Part shown: positions 1-48,912 of the stretch, one piece after another
Layout: every line of letters starts with the position of its first letter
How positions within the stretch are numbered: position 1 is the first letter of the stretch
From: Eledone cirrhosa
Lineage: Eukaryota
Reading direction: 5' to 3'
Assembly (NCBI GenBank): GCA_964016885.1
Contig: OZ024740.1
Location: 10,478,001 to 10,542,000, forward strand
Length of the DNA stretch: 64,000 bases
Program-made: the position numbers and the translations under genes
The notes under the pieces: model-generated
What the model was told of the DNA's origin: nothing
Database searches by the model: none
Seen by the model: the letters and a program-made list of their open reading frames with translations, nothing else

Positions 1-244
1 CGGAAATCGAAAAACAAAAACAAAAGTATTTACTTAGGTGTCACATGCAGTCAAGTAAAAAATTTAGGAAACAAACCCGGATAAATGACTAGAAAACCAT
101 ATATATATATATATGCAAAAGTTCTATTTAAATTGTTGGGATACAACAAGCAAATGTTTTTATAACTGATATAAAGCACTCGACAAGTATTTGGAGTAAA
201 TATACGATATTAACAAATGGAAACTATATTTATATAACCATATC

Positions 245-309
245 TATTTTTTTATACATATTTCAAGGATACCATGTTAAATTATGGTATGCTTTCATCA
301 GACAAAATA
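245..309 (-). ncRNA. Hammerhead-like ribozyme in the 3' pseudo-LTR
   Basis: CUGAUGA, stem II AAGCAUACCAU/AUGGUAUCCUU, GAAA-UAUGUA-UA, weak AU-rich stem I. Confidence 0.6.
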
Positions 310-1754
310 CAATATATACCAGTTTTATAAATAAATATTGACATACCCTTACAAAATGCAACCGTTACTTTTGGAAGACATCGGGATAGTGGAGTTGTTT
401 ACTTATATTAGTAAGTCGTTGTGTTGCAGAGAAGGAAAAAAACGGAGAGAGAGAAAATGGAGAAAGAAAGAAAAAAACAAGAAAAAGAAAAAAAGAAAAA
501 AGAGAGAAAAACTAGAGAGAGATATCAAAACACCAGACAGAGAGAAAAAAAATCGAGAGAGAAAAATATAGAGATAGAGAGAGGGGGAGAGAACGAAAAC
601 CTTAAGTCATGTCATATTAAGTTAAGTTAACAATTGAGATGAAATGAATAAATAAAATTAGAAATATTAATATTCATGAATGGAATATACATATATAATA
701 TGAGAAATTAATCATTGTTTAACTATGATTAGATATTTAGTTTAAAAATTGAGATCAATATATTAAAAATTGGAATTTAAACATTAAGAAATCTATATAT
801 TGCTAGAGAAACTACATATCATATAACACGTACACACACGCAAAAATACATATAAATATATATATACACACACTCACAAAATACACACCATATCTACCCC
901 AGTATATAATATATACATACAAAGCATAAATGATTTTTTTATTTAATGTTATACATCCTTTGTGTTATTAAATAAACATTTTTAATATATATATATAAAT
1001 ATATAAGATTAGTTGCCATGCATTTATGGCTGTTAGTTATGTCTATCTGCAATTAAATTATATGGATATACATGTACATGTACACACCCAATTCTTACAT
1101 ATACATATATATACATGTGTGTGCAGCCTCAGCAAATTGGTAGACACGCGTCACGCATGCATACATACAGACAGACATATATTCATAAGAATGCATATAG
1201 CACATGTATATGTATGTTAATATACACATATACATACATATACGTATAGAGATAAGTATACATCAATATAGTACATAGTATAATTGAATACATAAAATAC
1301 AAAAGGATTATATTTTGGAAATATAATTATATCAATATAACTTTAAAAACAAAACAATTTTAAAATATTATAGAATATTTTAAGTTAAAATAATATGTTT
1401 AATAGATTTAGTATAGAAATTTATCTTACGTATATTTTACTCAAGATATTGAAAGGATAAACTTTCGAAAATTATGAGAAGCTATCAGAATAAAAACAAT
1501 CATAATAAAAAATAAAAAATAAATAAAAAATAAGAAATAGGAAATATTTTCTCCTTTCAAGAGCTCTCAATATATTTCTCTAGAATAGTTTATTATATTT
1601 ATATTTATATTTAGGAAGAAAATTTATTTATACTTGAGTACTTAACCAAAGAAAATGAAAAAGATGAAGGAATCTAATGATTTATCGACAGGTTTCATAT
1701 ATTAACCAAATTAATTAATTAATTATACACTACATTTTAAATTTATATTTATAT

Positions 1755-3750
1755 TTAAACGTTGAGTTCAATCTGTCTGCAGCAACTGAATAAATTATTC
1801 CTTAAATTCAGGGAATTTTTGGTCTTTAATATAAAGAATATTTCCTCTATACAAAGATCGCAATTTTCTGAAGAGGAGTTAAAAGGAGTAGCTTGTGAAA
1901 TAATATTCCAAATCAGCGAATATTCAACATTTTCTCGTTTTAGGTCCCATAATAGGCTAGATAGAGAAGTTGAAGATTTTTTGTTTGGATCTGTAAAAGA
2001 ATTTTTATGATTATTGAAGCGGGATTTGAACTCTGTGGAGGTAGATCCGACATAATTAAATGAATTTAAAATAGTTTTTACATTACAATTATAAACTACA
2101 TTTTTAGGTAAGCAATTGTTATTTAACAGACAGTTGGATTTATTTCTACAGTTACAATTATTCGATTGAATATTGCTTGGGTTATTATTGTTATTTTGGT
2201 TAGGTTTTAAATTTCTATTATTAATTCTATTAATATTTTGCGCTAAATTTTTGGTGGAAGAGTAAGTTAATTTTATAGTATGTCTATTAAACATTGAGTA
2301 ATATCTATGTGTTCTAGGGAAGCATTTGTCAAGAGCTTTAAAGAATAGTTTAGCAATAGGGGTTTTAATATTTAGTGAGAAAGGAGAAGCGAACCATAAT
2401 ATGTTCCTAGTTCTATTTCTTTTTCGGCTTTCGGAATTATTGTAAGGTTTTCTATTATAGTTGTTAAAATTGTTACCATAGTTAAAATTGTTATTATTTT
2501 GGTTAGTTGTTATATTATTATTATCGATGTATTTAATTTTATTTCTATACCCAGCTCTACCTAACGCTTCGTTGTAATAATGCGCTTTTTCATCAAATAT
2601 ATTCTTATTAGATGAAATTCTCAAAATTCGTTCTTGTACAGAGTTCACTATAGTATTTTTAACGGATCTGGCGTGATTAGTGTTAAAATTGACATAATTT
2701 AAGTTCTCATTTAGTTTGTGAAATGGATAATGAAGACATGTGTTAAGATTTAGTGTTACATCTAGAAAATTGACTATTTTATGGTTATTCTCTATTTCTA
2801 CTTTTAGATTAAGGTAATTAAAAAATTGTATAATTTGTTTTCTTTTTCTATTTAGTTCACAGCTATTATTTTCTATAAGTAAAAGCATGTCGTCACGATA
2901 TAAACCTCCGGTTACACCAGGTATTTTTCTATGTAGAGAATTAATTATAAATAGGCCTACAAGATCCGTTACCTGAGCTGAGTCTGAAGATCCCATAGTT
3001 ATGTCGAAATTATTATTTCTATCTGCCCTAGTCGAGAGTTGGTTATTAAATTCTATTAATGTTTTCCGTGCCGATAATATAATGTGCATTTCATTGCTAG
3101 TTATGTCTGTATGTTTAAATGCGTAAGTTAGTGCCTTATTCAGTAGATTAGGAGTGATAGATGAATAGTAGTTAGCAATATCCAACTGAATAAACTTATT
3201 ATTATAATTATATTTAATTTCTTTAAACCAATCGATAACCTCACTAGTTCCTTTCCATAATTTTAAGTAAGATAAATTAGGTAAATTCTTAATTTGTGGT
3301 ATTATTCTGTCTAGAATATTTTTGCTAATCTGCCAAGGTCAGATTTAGATGGTGCAACTAATCTGACTGGTAAATCAGTTTCGAAGTTCCTTTTATGATC
3401 CTTCATATTAATCTTAGGTTTCCTTGGCATGAAGGGTTGTTTCCTATTTTCAATGCCTAGTTCATGCATTATACAAGAGGCATCTGTATTCAGTTTTTCA
3501 AGGTCGTCTTTATTTGCTACTTTGTATTTCTTCCTTAGTTCCTTTAATATAAGATCGTTATAAATGTCCTTTTGTATTCCGTAAAGATTATTGGTTTTGT
3601 CCGACTTGACTAGAATTTTCTCCAAGTTTTCAATATTACCTTTAATATTTCTTAAGTAATCTTGGCCTTTGAAGTTGTTTTTGAATTTGATGCTTTGGAT
3701 GATAGATATATCATTTTCAAAATCCATTAGTAGTTTGTTGGGGGGGGGTT
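1755..3750 (-). pseudogene. Penelope-like RT/GIY-YIG ORF with one frameshift near 3320
   Basis: Motifs MDFEND, PSKSDLGRLAK(N)ILDRI, VIDWF..IQLDIANYYSSI, TMGS..AQVTDLVG, LYRDD, VNFLDVTL, CNCR..C..C, VVY..YVGST..FKSRFNNH, CDLC. Adding one A to an A5 run joins ORFs 3311-3727 and 1755-3185. Confidence 0.9.
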
Positions 3751-4444
3751 AGATTTGTATGTATATATTATATACTGGGGTAGATATGGTGTGTGTTTTG
3801 TGAGTGTGTGTATATATATATTTATGTATATTTTTGCGTGTGTGTACGTGTTATATGATATGAAGTGTCTCTAGCAATATATAGATTTCTTAATGTTTAA
3901 ATTTCAATTTTTTATATATTGATCTCAATTTTTAAACTAAATATCTAATCATAGTTAAACAATGATTAATTTCTCATATTATATATGTATATTTCATTCA
4001 TGAATATTAATATTTCTAATTTTATTTATTCATTTCATCTCAATTGTTAACTTAACTTAATATGACATGACTTAAGGTTTTCGTTCTCTCCCCCTCTCTC
4101 TATCTCTATATTTTTCTCTCTCGATTTTTTCTCTCTGTCTGGTGTTTTGATATCTCTCTCTAGTTTTTCTCTCTTTTTTTCTTTTTTTCTTTTTTTCTTT
4201 TTCTTTTTCTTTTTCTTTTTCTTTTTCTTTTTCTTTTTCTTGTTTTTTTTCTTGTTTTTTTTTCTTTCTTTCTCCATTTTCTCTCTTTCCGTCTTTTTTT
4301 CTCTCTATCCGTCTTTTTCCTTCTCTGTAACACAACGACTTACTAATATAAGTAAACAACTCCACTATCCCGATGTCTTCCAAAAGTAACGGTTGCATTT
4401 TGTAAGGGTATGTCAATATTTATTTATAAAACTGGTATATATTG

Positions 4445-4509
4445 TATTTTGTCTGATGAAAGCATACCATAATTTAACATGGTATCCTTGAAATATGTAT
4501 AAAAAAATA
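4445..4509 (+). ncRNA. Hammerhead-like ribozyme in the inverted pseudo-LTR copy
   Basis: Reverse-complement copy of 245-309; CTGATGA at 4453. Confidence 0.6.
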
Positions 4510-4551
4510 GATATGGTTATATAAATATAGTTTCCATTTGTTAATATCGTG

Positions 4552-4643
<92 letters not shown>

Positions 4644-5271
4644 AGATCTTTAATAGAAACTGTGTCAAAATTAGCTACTCCTGCGGTCCCCCTATTAAAT
4701 CTTATATCATCAACAAAAAATCACCTAGAGAACATCAAAATTGCTCCTGTAGAATCAAAAGTGAATGCCCATTACAAGGTAAATGCAACACCAAAGCCAT
4801 TGTATATGCGGCTAAAGTGACAACCATCAGCAACAACCATCCAGCCACCAGTGAACGATATGTGGGTATGACGCAAGACAGATTCAAAACGCGTTATTAC
4901 TCACATGTCGCATCTTTCCGACATCCAGAAAAAAGATTCACAACAGCTCTGGCTAGCAGAATATGGGATTTGAAAGACCAAGGCATCCAATATAAATTGG
5001 ATTGGTCAATTTTGAACCAATCTAAAGAATATGCAAGAGGAACAAGAAAATGCACGCTCTGCATAAATGAAAAGTATTGGATTTTGCAAAACCTTAAATC
5101 ACCAAAGACCTGCCTAAACACAAAGACAGAAATTTTCACCAGTTGCCCACACGTGAAATCACACTGCTTTCCAGCTCATATAAACTTAACACACTTTCAG
5201 ATACTTATCCTCCATAAGCTCTTATTCTTCACTTAAATTATTCTCTTTAAAGACTACTCTTTCTAATTTAC

Positions 5272-5715
5272 TTTTATTTTTATTTTTATTTTTATTTTTA
5301 TTTTTATTTTTATTTTTATTTTTATTTTTATTTTTATTTTTATTATTTTTATTTTTATTTTTATTTTTATTTTTATTTTTATTTTTATTTTTATTTTTAT
5401 TTTTATTTTTATTTTTATTTTTATTTTTATTTTTATTTTTATTTTTATTTTTATTTTTATTTTTATTTTTATTTTTATTTTTATTTTTATTTTTATTTTT
5501 ATTTTTATTTTTATTTTTATTTTTATTTTTATTTTTATTTTTATTTTTATTTTTATTTTTATTTTTATTTTTATTTTTATTTTTATTTTTATTTTTATTT
5601 TTATTTTTATTTTTATTTTTATTTTTATTTTTATTTTTATTTTTATTTTTATTTTTATTTTTATTTTTATTTTTATTTTTATTTTTATTTATTTATTTAT
5701 TTTTTTTTTTTTTTA
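5272..5715. repeat. (TTTTTA)n hexanucleotide microsatellite
   Basis: ~70 near-perfect copies. Confidence 0.95.
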
Positions 5716-6165
5716 TTGCACATCCACTTTATTCGATTCACTTACCTAATATCTTCACTTTGCACATTTTACTTCCCTATTTTCTTTATTACCTGATTAC
5801 ACAGGTCACTTGCGTTTTCCACTTCAGATATTTTCTGTTATTTCGCAGCCAATTTTATATTTTTATATTTGTACTCACTTATTCATAAGGCTGTTTTTAC
5901 ACCCTGTATCTATGTGTCCGAGCGTCTTTATGTGTGTATACTTTCTGTATATGTACACGAACGCCTCCGTATGTGCGCGCGCGTGCGTGTATATATATAT
6001 GTGTGTATGTATGTGTGTTTTTATATCTGTGTTTTTACATCTATGTTTTTTTTACATTCTTATTTTTATGTGTGTGCGTGTAAGCGGGTCAATGTGCGTT
6101 AATGTATGTATGTGTATATATGTGTGTGTATGTGCTGCATGTATGGATGTGTATGTGCGCGTATG

Positions 6166-6196
<31 letters not shown>

Positions 6197-6930
6197 ATGT
6201 GTGTATGCAGTCGCGTACGTACGTGGGATTAGATATACATGGGGCGATATGTATGTATATTTATATGTGCATCCTATGTGTGTATGTACGCTTGCATACG
6301 CTTTTGTCTGCACGTATTGCGTGTATATATATTTTTTTTTTATAGATATATGTTTCTTATAGATATATGTGTATGTACGCGTGTACCTTGTTTGTTTTCT
6401 TTTCTTTTCTTTTCTCTTCTCTAGTGTTCGACTACTTTCTCTTTCATCTAAAATTTTTTTCTTTCTAAATTATTGTTCCATTTTTATAAATATATCGAGA
6501 ATGACACTTTCTTTTAACTATTACACTCCCTTACCTCTTTTCATTCTGCATATAAGTGTACGCGCGTGTGTGTGTGTTTATACGCGTGCCTTCAAATTCT
6601 TATAATGTATCTAATACCCTGCTTTCTGTATACATGTCAACCAGACACTCATATTATATCTGTGTTTGTGGTTACATATACACAGATATACTTGCCCTCA
6701 TACATATATTTACGCACACATTTTCACTATACACACGCATTTGTACATACATACATATGTACATCTGTGAGTGTATATACATACATATACACACACCTAA
6801 CTATATTTCCTTTAAAAATTTGTTTATATATTTTATATGTCTATTGCATTACCTTTATTTATATATATATATATTTTTTTTTTTGCATTTCTTGAGGAGA
6901 CTTTCCAAATATTTCACTATGTTTTATATT

Positions 6931-7002
6931 GCCTCGTCCGACGAACGAATGAAGAGGTTTCTTTCGTATTCGTCTTATTCGGGAAACCTCTGGTAATGAG
7001 GT
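6931..7002 (+). ncRNA. Type I hammerhead-like fold with CCGACGA core
   Basis: Stem I GCCUCGU/AUGAGGU, stem II CGAAU/AUUCG, GAAACC-ucu-GGUA stem III. Confidence 0.6.
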
Positions 7003-7105
7003 AATTATATTGTATTGTTTTTTATACATTAAATTTTGCTCTAGTACTTACATAGAGCACTCTTCACTTCTATGACTTTTTCAATTTTCAACGGAAACTT
7101 CAATA

Positions 7106-7385
<280 letters not shown>

Positions 7386-7900
7386 GTAATAATAATAAAA
7401 TTGAAGACTAAAATCCAAAGAGGGCTCGATAAGGAAAATATATATCAAATATATAAGAACCGTAGAGCAAATATTTATTAAAATAACAGATTAAAGTTTA
7501 AGCAAAGAATCGCTGCTTTCACCCTTAACGGGATCTTCTGAAACTAACAAAGTCAATCTGTAAACGCAGAACTGGATATTTCAAACAACGTTGCAACCAG
7601 AGGAAGACAGGAAGACGATACTTTGGTTCGTGGTAACGTTCGCTGGCAAAGAACGGGAAAAAACGAATAATACGTCATTAATAGGAGCGGTGAAAAACAA
7701 TTACGCGCAAAGACAGAATCACGTTTATGGTGTAAAAGAGGTGGTGCATAGAGACGTTCTCTGGCAATGAACGAAAAAACGAAGGTAATAAGTCATATGT
7801 GGAGCGTGGAGAACAATAGCACGCAAAGACAAAACCACGTAAATGGTATAGCAGAAGTCGTAGACTAAAATTCTAACTAGGAGACCAAATGAATCTCCGC
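7386..7900 (-). mobile_element. (TA)n-associated dispersed repeat, probable Penelope-like 3' end. Other copies at ~8998-9320, 34972-35235, 35706-35912 and 43431-43555.
   Basis: Shared blocks GAAGACTAAAATCCAAAGAGGGCTCGATAAGG and CAGATTAAAGTTTAAGCAAAGAATCGCTGCTTTCACCCTTAACGGGATCTTCTGAAA; every copy is fused to (TA)n. Confidence 0.75.
7488..7559 (-). ncRNA. Type I hammerhead-like fold with CAGAAGA core
   Basis: AGUUU-CAGAAGA-UCCCguuaaGGGU-GAAA-GCAG..UUGC-UU-AAACU. All three stems pair, and stem I extends via AGAUUGA/UUAAUCU. Confidence 0.6.
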
Positions 7901-8220
7901 TACAGAGTTAAGAACAAAGTAAATAAATACAATACAGAAGTAATAGAAACAAATAAATACATACACGCAAACAGATACATACATACACAAGCATACGCAA
8001 AACCTTACCATAGGTATACAAAACCACGCACATATAAATATGTGTGTGTATGCTTGTGTACAAATAAATATAATATTAAGGATACTACTTATAGTTATGT
8101 ATATATTTATATTATACTATATACAACTATAAACAGTGAAGGACAGTAATTTATTACTACCTTATTACCAGTAAGATAAATAGCTCAATGTAATAACATC
8201 AGTTGTTATACAGAGCAGTT

Positions 8221-8347
8221 ATATAGAATAGACAAGTATCAAAGTTATGTTAGAACATTTAATTGCTGACAATTGTTTCTTCTTGGAGGAAACAATTGTC
8301 AGCAATTAAATGTTCTAACATAGCTTTGATTCTTGTCTATTCTATAT
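8221..8347. repeat. Near-perfect foldback (~60-bp arms)
   Basis: ATAGAATAGACAAG..GACAATTGTTTC / GAAACAATTGTC..CTTGTCTATTCTAT. Confidence 0.9.
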
Positions 8348-8354
8348 ATATATA

Positions 8355-8545
8355 TATACAAACATAAATTATCGAGATTCGCATTTCGGCCCACGAAATA
8401 ACGAAAAACAACCTCCGAGATGTGTGGCAAGTGCTCAATGATTCAGATGAACCAGAGCTATAACAAACGTTAAAGGCCAAACACACTGAGACGATGGTTA
8501 AACAATCACTCGCATAGCCAAAAAAACGATCAAGTAATTCGGGTA
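8355..8545. repeat. Dispersed repeat; diverged inverted copy at ~43118-43330
   Basis: Shared segments such as GAGCACTTGCCA..CTCGGA and GCCGAAAT.CGA.TCTC; adjacent to (TA)n in both places. Confidence 0.6.
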
Positions 8546-8738
8546 TTGAAAATTTACCCGGACCTCGTTTATATATATATATATATATATATAAAACGGA
8601 AAAAATATATAAACGGAAAAAAAAGGAACGTTTTCGGTGCACCCGGCCGATTAACCCACTCGATATGCAAATTGGGCTTCTCAGCCGTTAATATGCATAA
8701 GGTAAGTATATACGTTCAACAATCTGGCAGGAAGGTAT

Positions 8739-8781
8739 ACGTTGCTGACGATAGCTAATAAGCTTGAAACTAGTACAGCGT
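8739..8781 (+). ncRNA. Minimal type I hammerhead ribozyme
   Basis: ACGUUG-CUGACGA-UAGCUaauaAGCUU-GAA-ACUAGU-A-CAGCGU: intact core, 6-bp stem I, palindromic stem III. Confidence 0.8.
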
Positions 8782-9335
8782 TCCTTTGTCAGTGTTGAAC
8801 AAACGAGCAACGATGGTTGCTAGACACTATGGCTTAATACGGGACGTTTGTTTACAAACACACCGAGCATTATAATAAATGTTCGGTGAATCCATACGTA
8901 CATATATATATGTGTGTGCATGTATGTATATATATATACATACTACTGTACGTCTGTATACATATATGTATGTACGTGTACATACTTTATATATATATTA
9001 AAATAACAGATTAAAGTTTAAGCAAAGAATCGCTGCGTTCACCCTTAACGGGATCTTCTGAAACTAACAAAGTCAATCTGTAACCGCAGAAGTGAATATT
9101 TCAAAATACGTTGCAACCAGAGGAAGACAGGAAGACGATACTCTGGTTCGTGGAAACGTTCCCTGCCAAAGAACGGGAAAAAACGAATATAATACGTTAA
9201 TAATTAATAGGAGCGGTGAAAAACAATTACACGCAAAGACAACGGTTCTTATATATTTGATATATATTTATCCTTATCGAGCCCTCTTTGGATTTTAGTC
9301 TTCAAATTTATTATTATTACTATATATATATATAT

Positions 9336-10537
<1,202 letters not shown>

Positions 10538-11014
10538 TGGAAGATGATTCTATTAGTAGAAATGAGGGAGGGAGTTGTGTGTGTGTGAATATGGGTGTTA
10601 TGTGTGTGTGAGTGGGGTGTGGGAGTATGTTAAGATGGAGAGAATATATAGATTTTGTGTGTAATTTATTTATGTATTTATTTAGCCTAGCAATAGCGAG
10701 AGACTTAAGTCTTAGAAACCAGACTTTGCTTATTTTTTTTTTCTCTCTCAGTACCTTTTATAGTTTTACCTTTCATTGTTCTACTTACCGTTTCGACTTC
10801 CTCCCCCTCCCCCTCCCCAGTATCCTCTTTTACCTCACACCCAGCTGTAGCCGGCACTACCAACGCTTGAATGGGTCTACTCCACCCCCTCTCCCTTTTT
10901 CTCCTACCGGGAGGTTCAGCTACCCCCTCCCCCGCCAATTTGCCATCACAGATTTACTACTAACTTTTGATGTGACCAATCCTGGTGATTATCTCTTTGA
11001 CCATATATGGAATT

Positions 11015-11108
11015 ACCCCTTGATAAGCTCGGCTACTTAAATACCAGAATAAACTTTCATTCAGTCCAGAATTAGCCGTCGAAACGGCTTGAGCTCAGCC
11101 GTCGGGGT
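11015..11108 (+). ncRNA. Decayed hammerhead-like fold
   Basis: ACCCC/GGGGU stem I, core UUGAUAA (two transitions from CUGAUGA), CGGCUA/UAGCCG stem II, GAAACGGCU..AGCCGUC stem III. Confidence 0.55.
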
Positions 11109-11183
11109 CTTACTTGTTCCTATTACATATATATATATATAGTGACGAAACATAAGTCAATTGCATGAGCTCATAATCCTTTA

Positions 11184-11245
11184 TTTACTGCTATATATAT
11201 TTCGATGATAGCCATTGAATGGCTATGACCTCATCAGGGAGTTAG
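11184..11245 (-). ncRNA. Hammerhead-like fold
   Basis: CUGAUGA-GGUCAUAGCCA uucaa UGGCUAUCAUC-GAAA-UAUAUA-UA, imperfect stem I. Confidence 0.6.
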
Positions 11246-11359
11246 TCAGATCTTAGATATGCCAGCTCTGTGTGTATAGTGTTGATGGTATCAGAGTCTT
11301 GGGACATATGAGCTTGTTAGGAATAATTTAATGTTGTCAGAAGGAATAGTCTTAATTAT

Positions 11360-11406
<47 letters not shown>

Positions 11407-11520
11407 TATTATTACTATCTATCTATCTATATATATATATATGTCTGTGTGTGTGCGTGTATATATATACATACATTCATTAGTTTATAATAAACGTTCA
11501 TTTTAATTACAGGTTGAAAT

Positions 11521-47112
<35,592 letters not shown>

Positions 47113-47185
47113 GACAAACAACAATAGTTTTGTGTAAGTTTGTATTACGTTACATTCCTTTTTTTAAACTTATATAAAGTGTCTA

Positions 47186-47191
47186 AATAAA
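47186..47191 (+). promoter_or_regulatory. Candidate polyadenylation signal of KHK
   Basis: AATAAA ~75 nt after the stop codon; a second AATAAA lies near 47374. Confidence 0.45.
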
Positions 47192-47769
47192 ATGACGTAC
47201 AAGTATATATAATATCAAATTCTAATAGGTGGCGCTGTTGAAGTATTTTTATCTCCAGGGTTTATGTCTATTTTAATGGTCAAACAACATTGATTATTCT
47301 AACTTTCAAATTCAAAATGGCCTATTGCTCAACGATTCTAAAAATAGACTGTTTACATATGTGTTATCTGATTAATAAAGCTTAATATAACGAAAAAGGT
47401 TTGTCAGTATTGCTTTAGTCTAATGGTTAGCACGGTGAAATGATATATAGAAGGTGTGGGTTTGTGGCCCACAAGGGGAGCTATACACATTTTTCCGTCT
47501 CCAGGGTTTATCACCGTTGCTGCTTTAAACTTCCAAATTCAAGTTTCTTTTATATTAATATCAGTGTTGTTGTTATTGTGTGATAGTTTGTATGTATGTG
47601 TATGTATGTGTATATATCTGTATATATATGTGGTATGGTAAACATATACATGTACATTAGCTCCGAACACAACTGAACCAAACTACCACTGTCACTGCCT
47701 CCGTCAATACGGCTCTCTCCATCTCACACTATTATAAGCAAATGGGGGCCACGCACTGGCCGCCCCACG

Positions 47770-47856
47770 GCTCTGGCGGACAGAATGGAGAAGGCGTTTC
47801 TCCGGAGGATGGTGAGGGAGGCGCGCTGGAAGAGCCATTCCAGCTCGCGAGGCTGT
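47770..47856 (-). mobile_element. CRE-clade LINE 3' fragment
   Basis: PRELEWLFQRASLTILRRNAFSILSA, homologous to 12590-12665. Confidence 0.6.
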
Positions 47857-47896
47857 TACTATCAAGCCAACCACAATGATAACTTTTCTATTTTTA

Positions 47897-48087
47897 TAAT
47901 TGTTTCTACTTTTGGCACAAGGCCAGCAATTATCTCAGTGTATTACTGGTACTTTATTTTATCGACCCCGTAAGGATGAAAGGCAAAATTAACCTCGGCG
48001 GGATTTGAATTCAGACCATAAAGGGACGTAACTGTGCTACAAAGAATGGCATCAAACCCTTTACCGATACTGTCAATCCACCGCCCT
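47897..48087 (-). mobile_element. SINE family A
   Basis: Full reverse-complement copy. Confidence 0.88.
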
Positions 48088-48316
48088 ATCATTATAATGA
48101 AAAAAGGACGGTGGATTGGCAACAACAGCAGCAGCAGTAGCAGAAACAACGACAACAACAACTGCAACATCAACAACAACAACACGAGCAGGAAATTATG
48201 AATAAGTGTATCAACATATTTTTATTACGAAATTTTAGATAAACATTTTCACGGGAGAAAACTCTTACAAGGCAAAAATATTTCCAGGGGAAATAACTCT
48301 AAATAATATCAAATTG

Positions 48317-48876
48317 TATTTTCGGGGCTCGAATACCAATCACTCCATCCACCCATTTATTAATTTTTCAGTTTTATTCCCGACCCTCCACTTATTAAAT
48401 ATTGTTAATCTATCCATAGCGAAATTTTATTTTTAAGTGGTATCATACCCGTGACAATTAATTCTGTCGACATTAAAAAACATTATAGATGACATAAAAA
48501 GAATATTACTAGAAATCCCGTATGTTATGAATAGGATGGGTTGGGGTCTCAATATGTAAACTAAACGACTAATTCTGGTTTTCTTTTTTGAATCGACGGA
48601 GTCAACCTAGAAAGAAATTAATGATTTCCATCACATCCATTTATTCCACCCTCGTTTATTTCACCCCGCTTATTTCTCTCCGCTTATCCTACCCCCACTT
48701 ACCCCCATTTACCCCCCACACACACACACACACTTACCCCCCACTTACTTCCCACTTATTCCACCCCACCCACATTATTCCACCCCATCCCACTTATTGC
48801 CCCCACTTATTCCTCCCCCGCTTATTCCAACCTCTTCGCTTATTCCTTTCCACCTATTATTTGAGACCTGAGGGTA
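48317..48876. mobile_element. MITE, second copy, with expanded CCCACTTATT motif
   Basis: Homologous to 38241-38625 (ATAGGATGGGTTGGGGTCTCAATATGTAA..GAGTCAACCTAGAAA) with the same termini. Confidence 0.75.
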
Positions 48877-48912
48877 TATATCGTTACAGAATTGCCTTCA
48901 AGGTTTTAGCAG

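Larger units (their letters stand above)
115..4550 (-). mobile_element. Penelope-like retroelement (Naiad-like), 5'-truncated, with inverted pseudo-LTR
   Basis: RT plus GIY-YIG ORF on the minus strand. 204-923 is an inverted copy of 3754-4550, each copy carries a hammerhead-like motif, and both ends abut (TA)n. Confidence 0.88.

Noticed and set aside
338-630. Lys/Glu-rich ORFs (also 4047-4416)
   Set aside because: GA-rich low-complexity tract within the pseudo-LTR.
1755-5236. Selenocysteine (in-frame UGA) recoding as described for some Naiad elements
   Set aside because: The Cys motifs in both GIY-YIG regions use normal Cys codons. The break near 3311 is a frameshift leading to TAG, not UGA.
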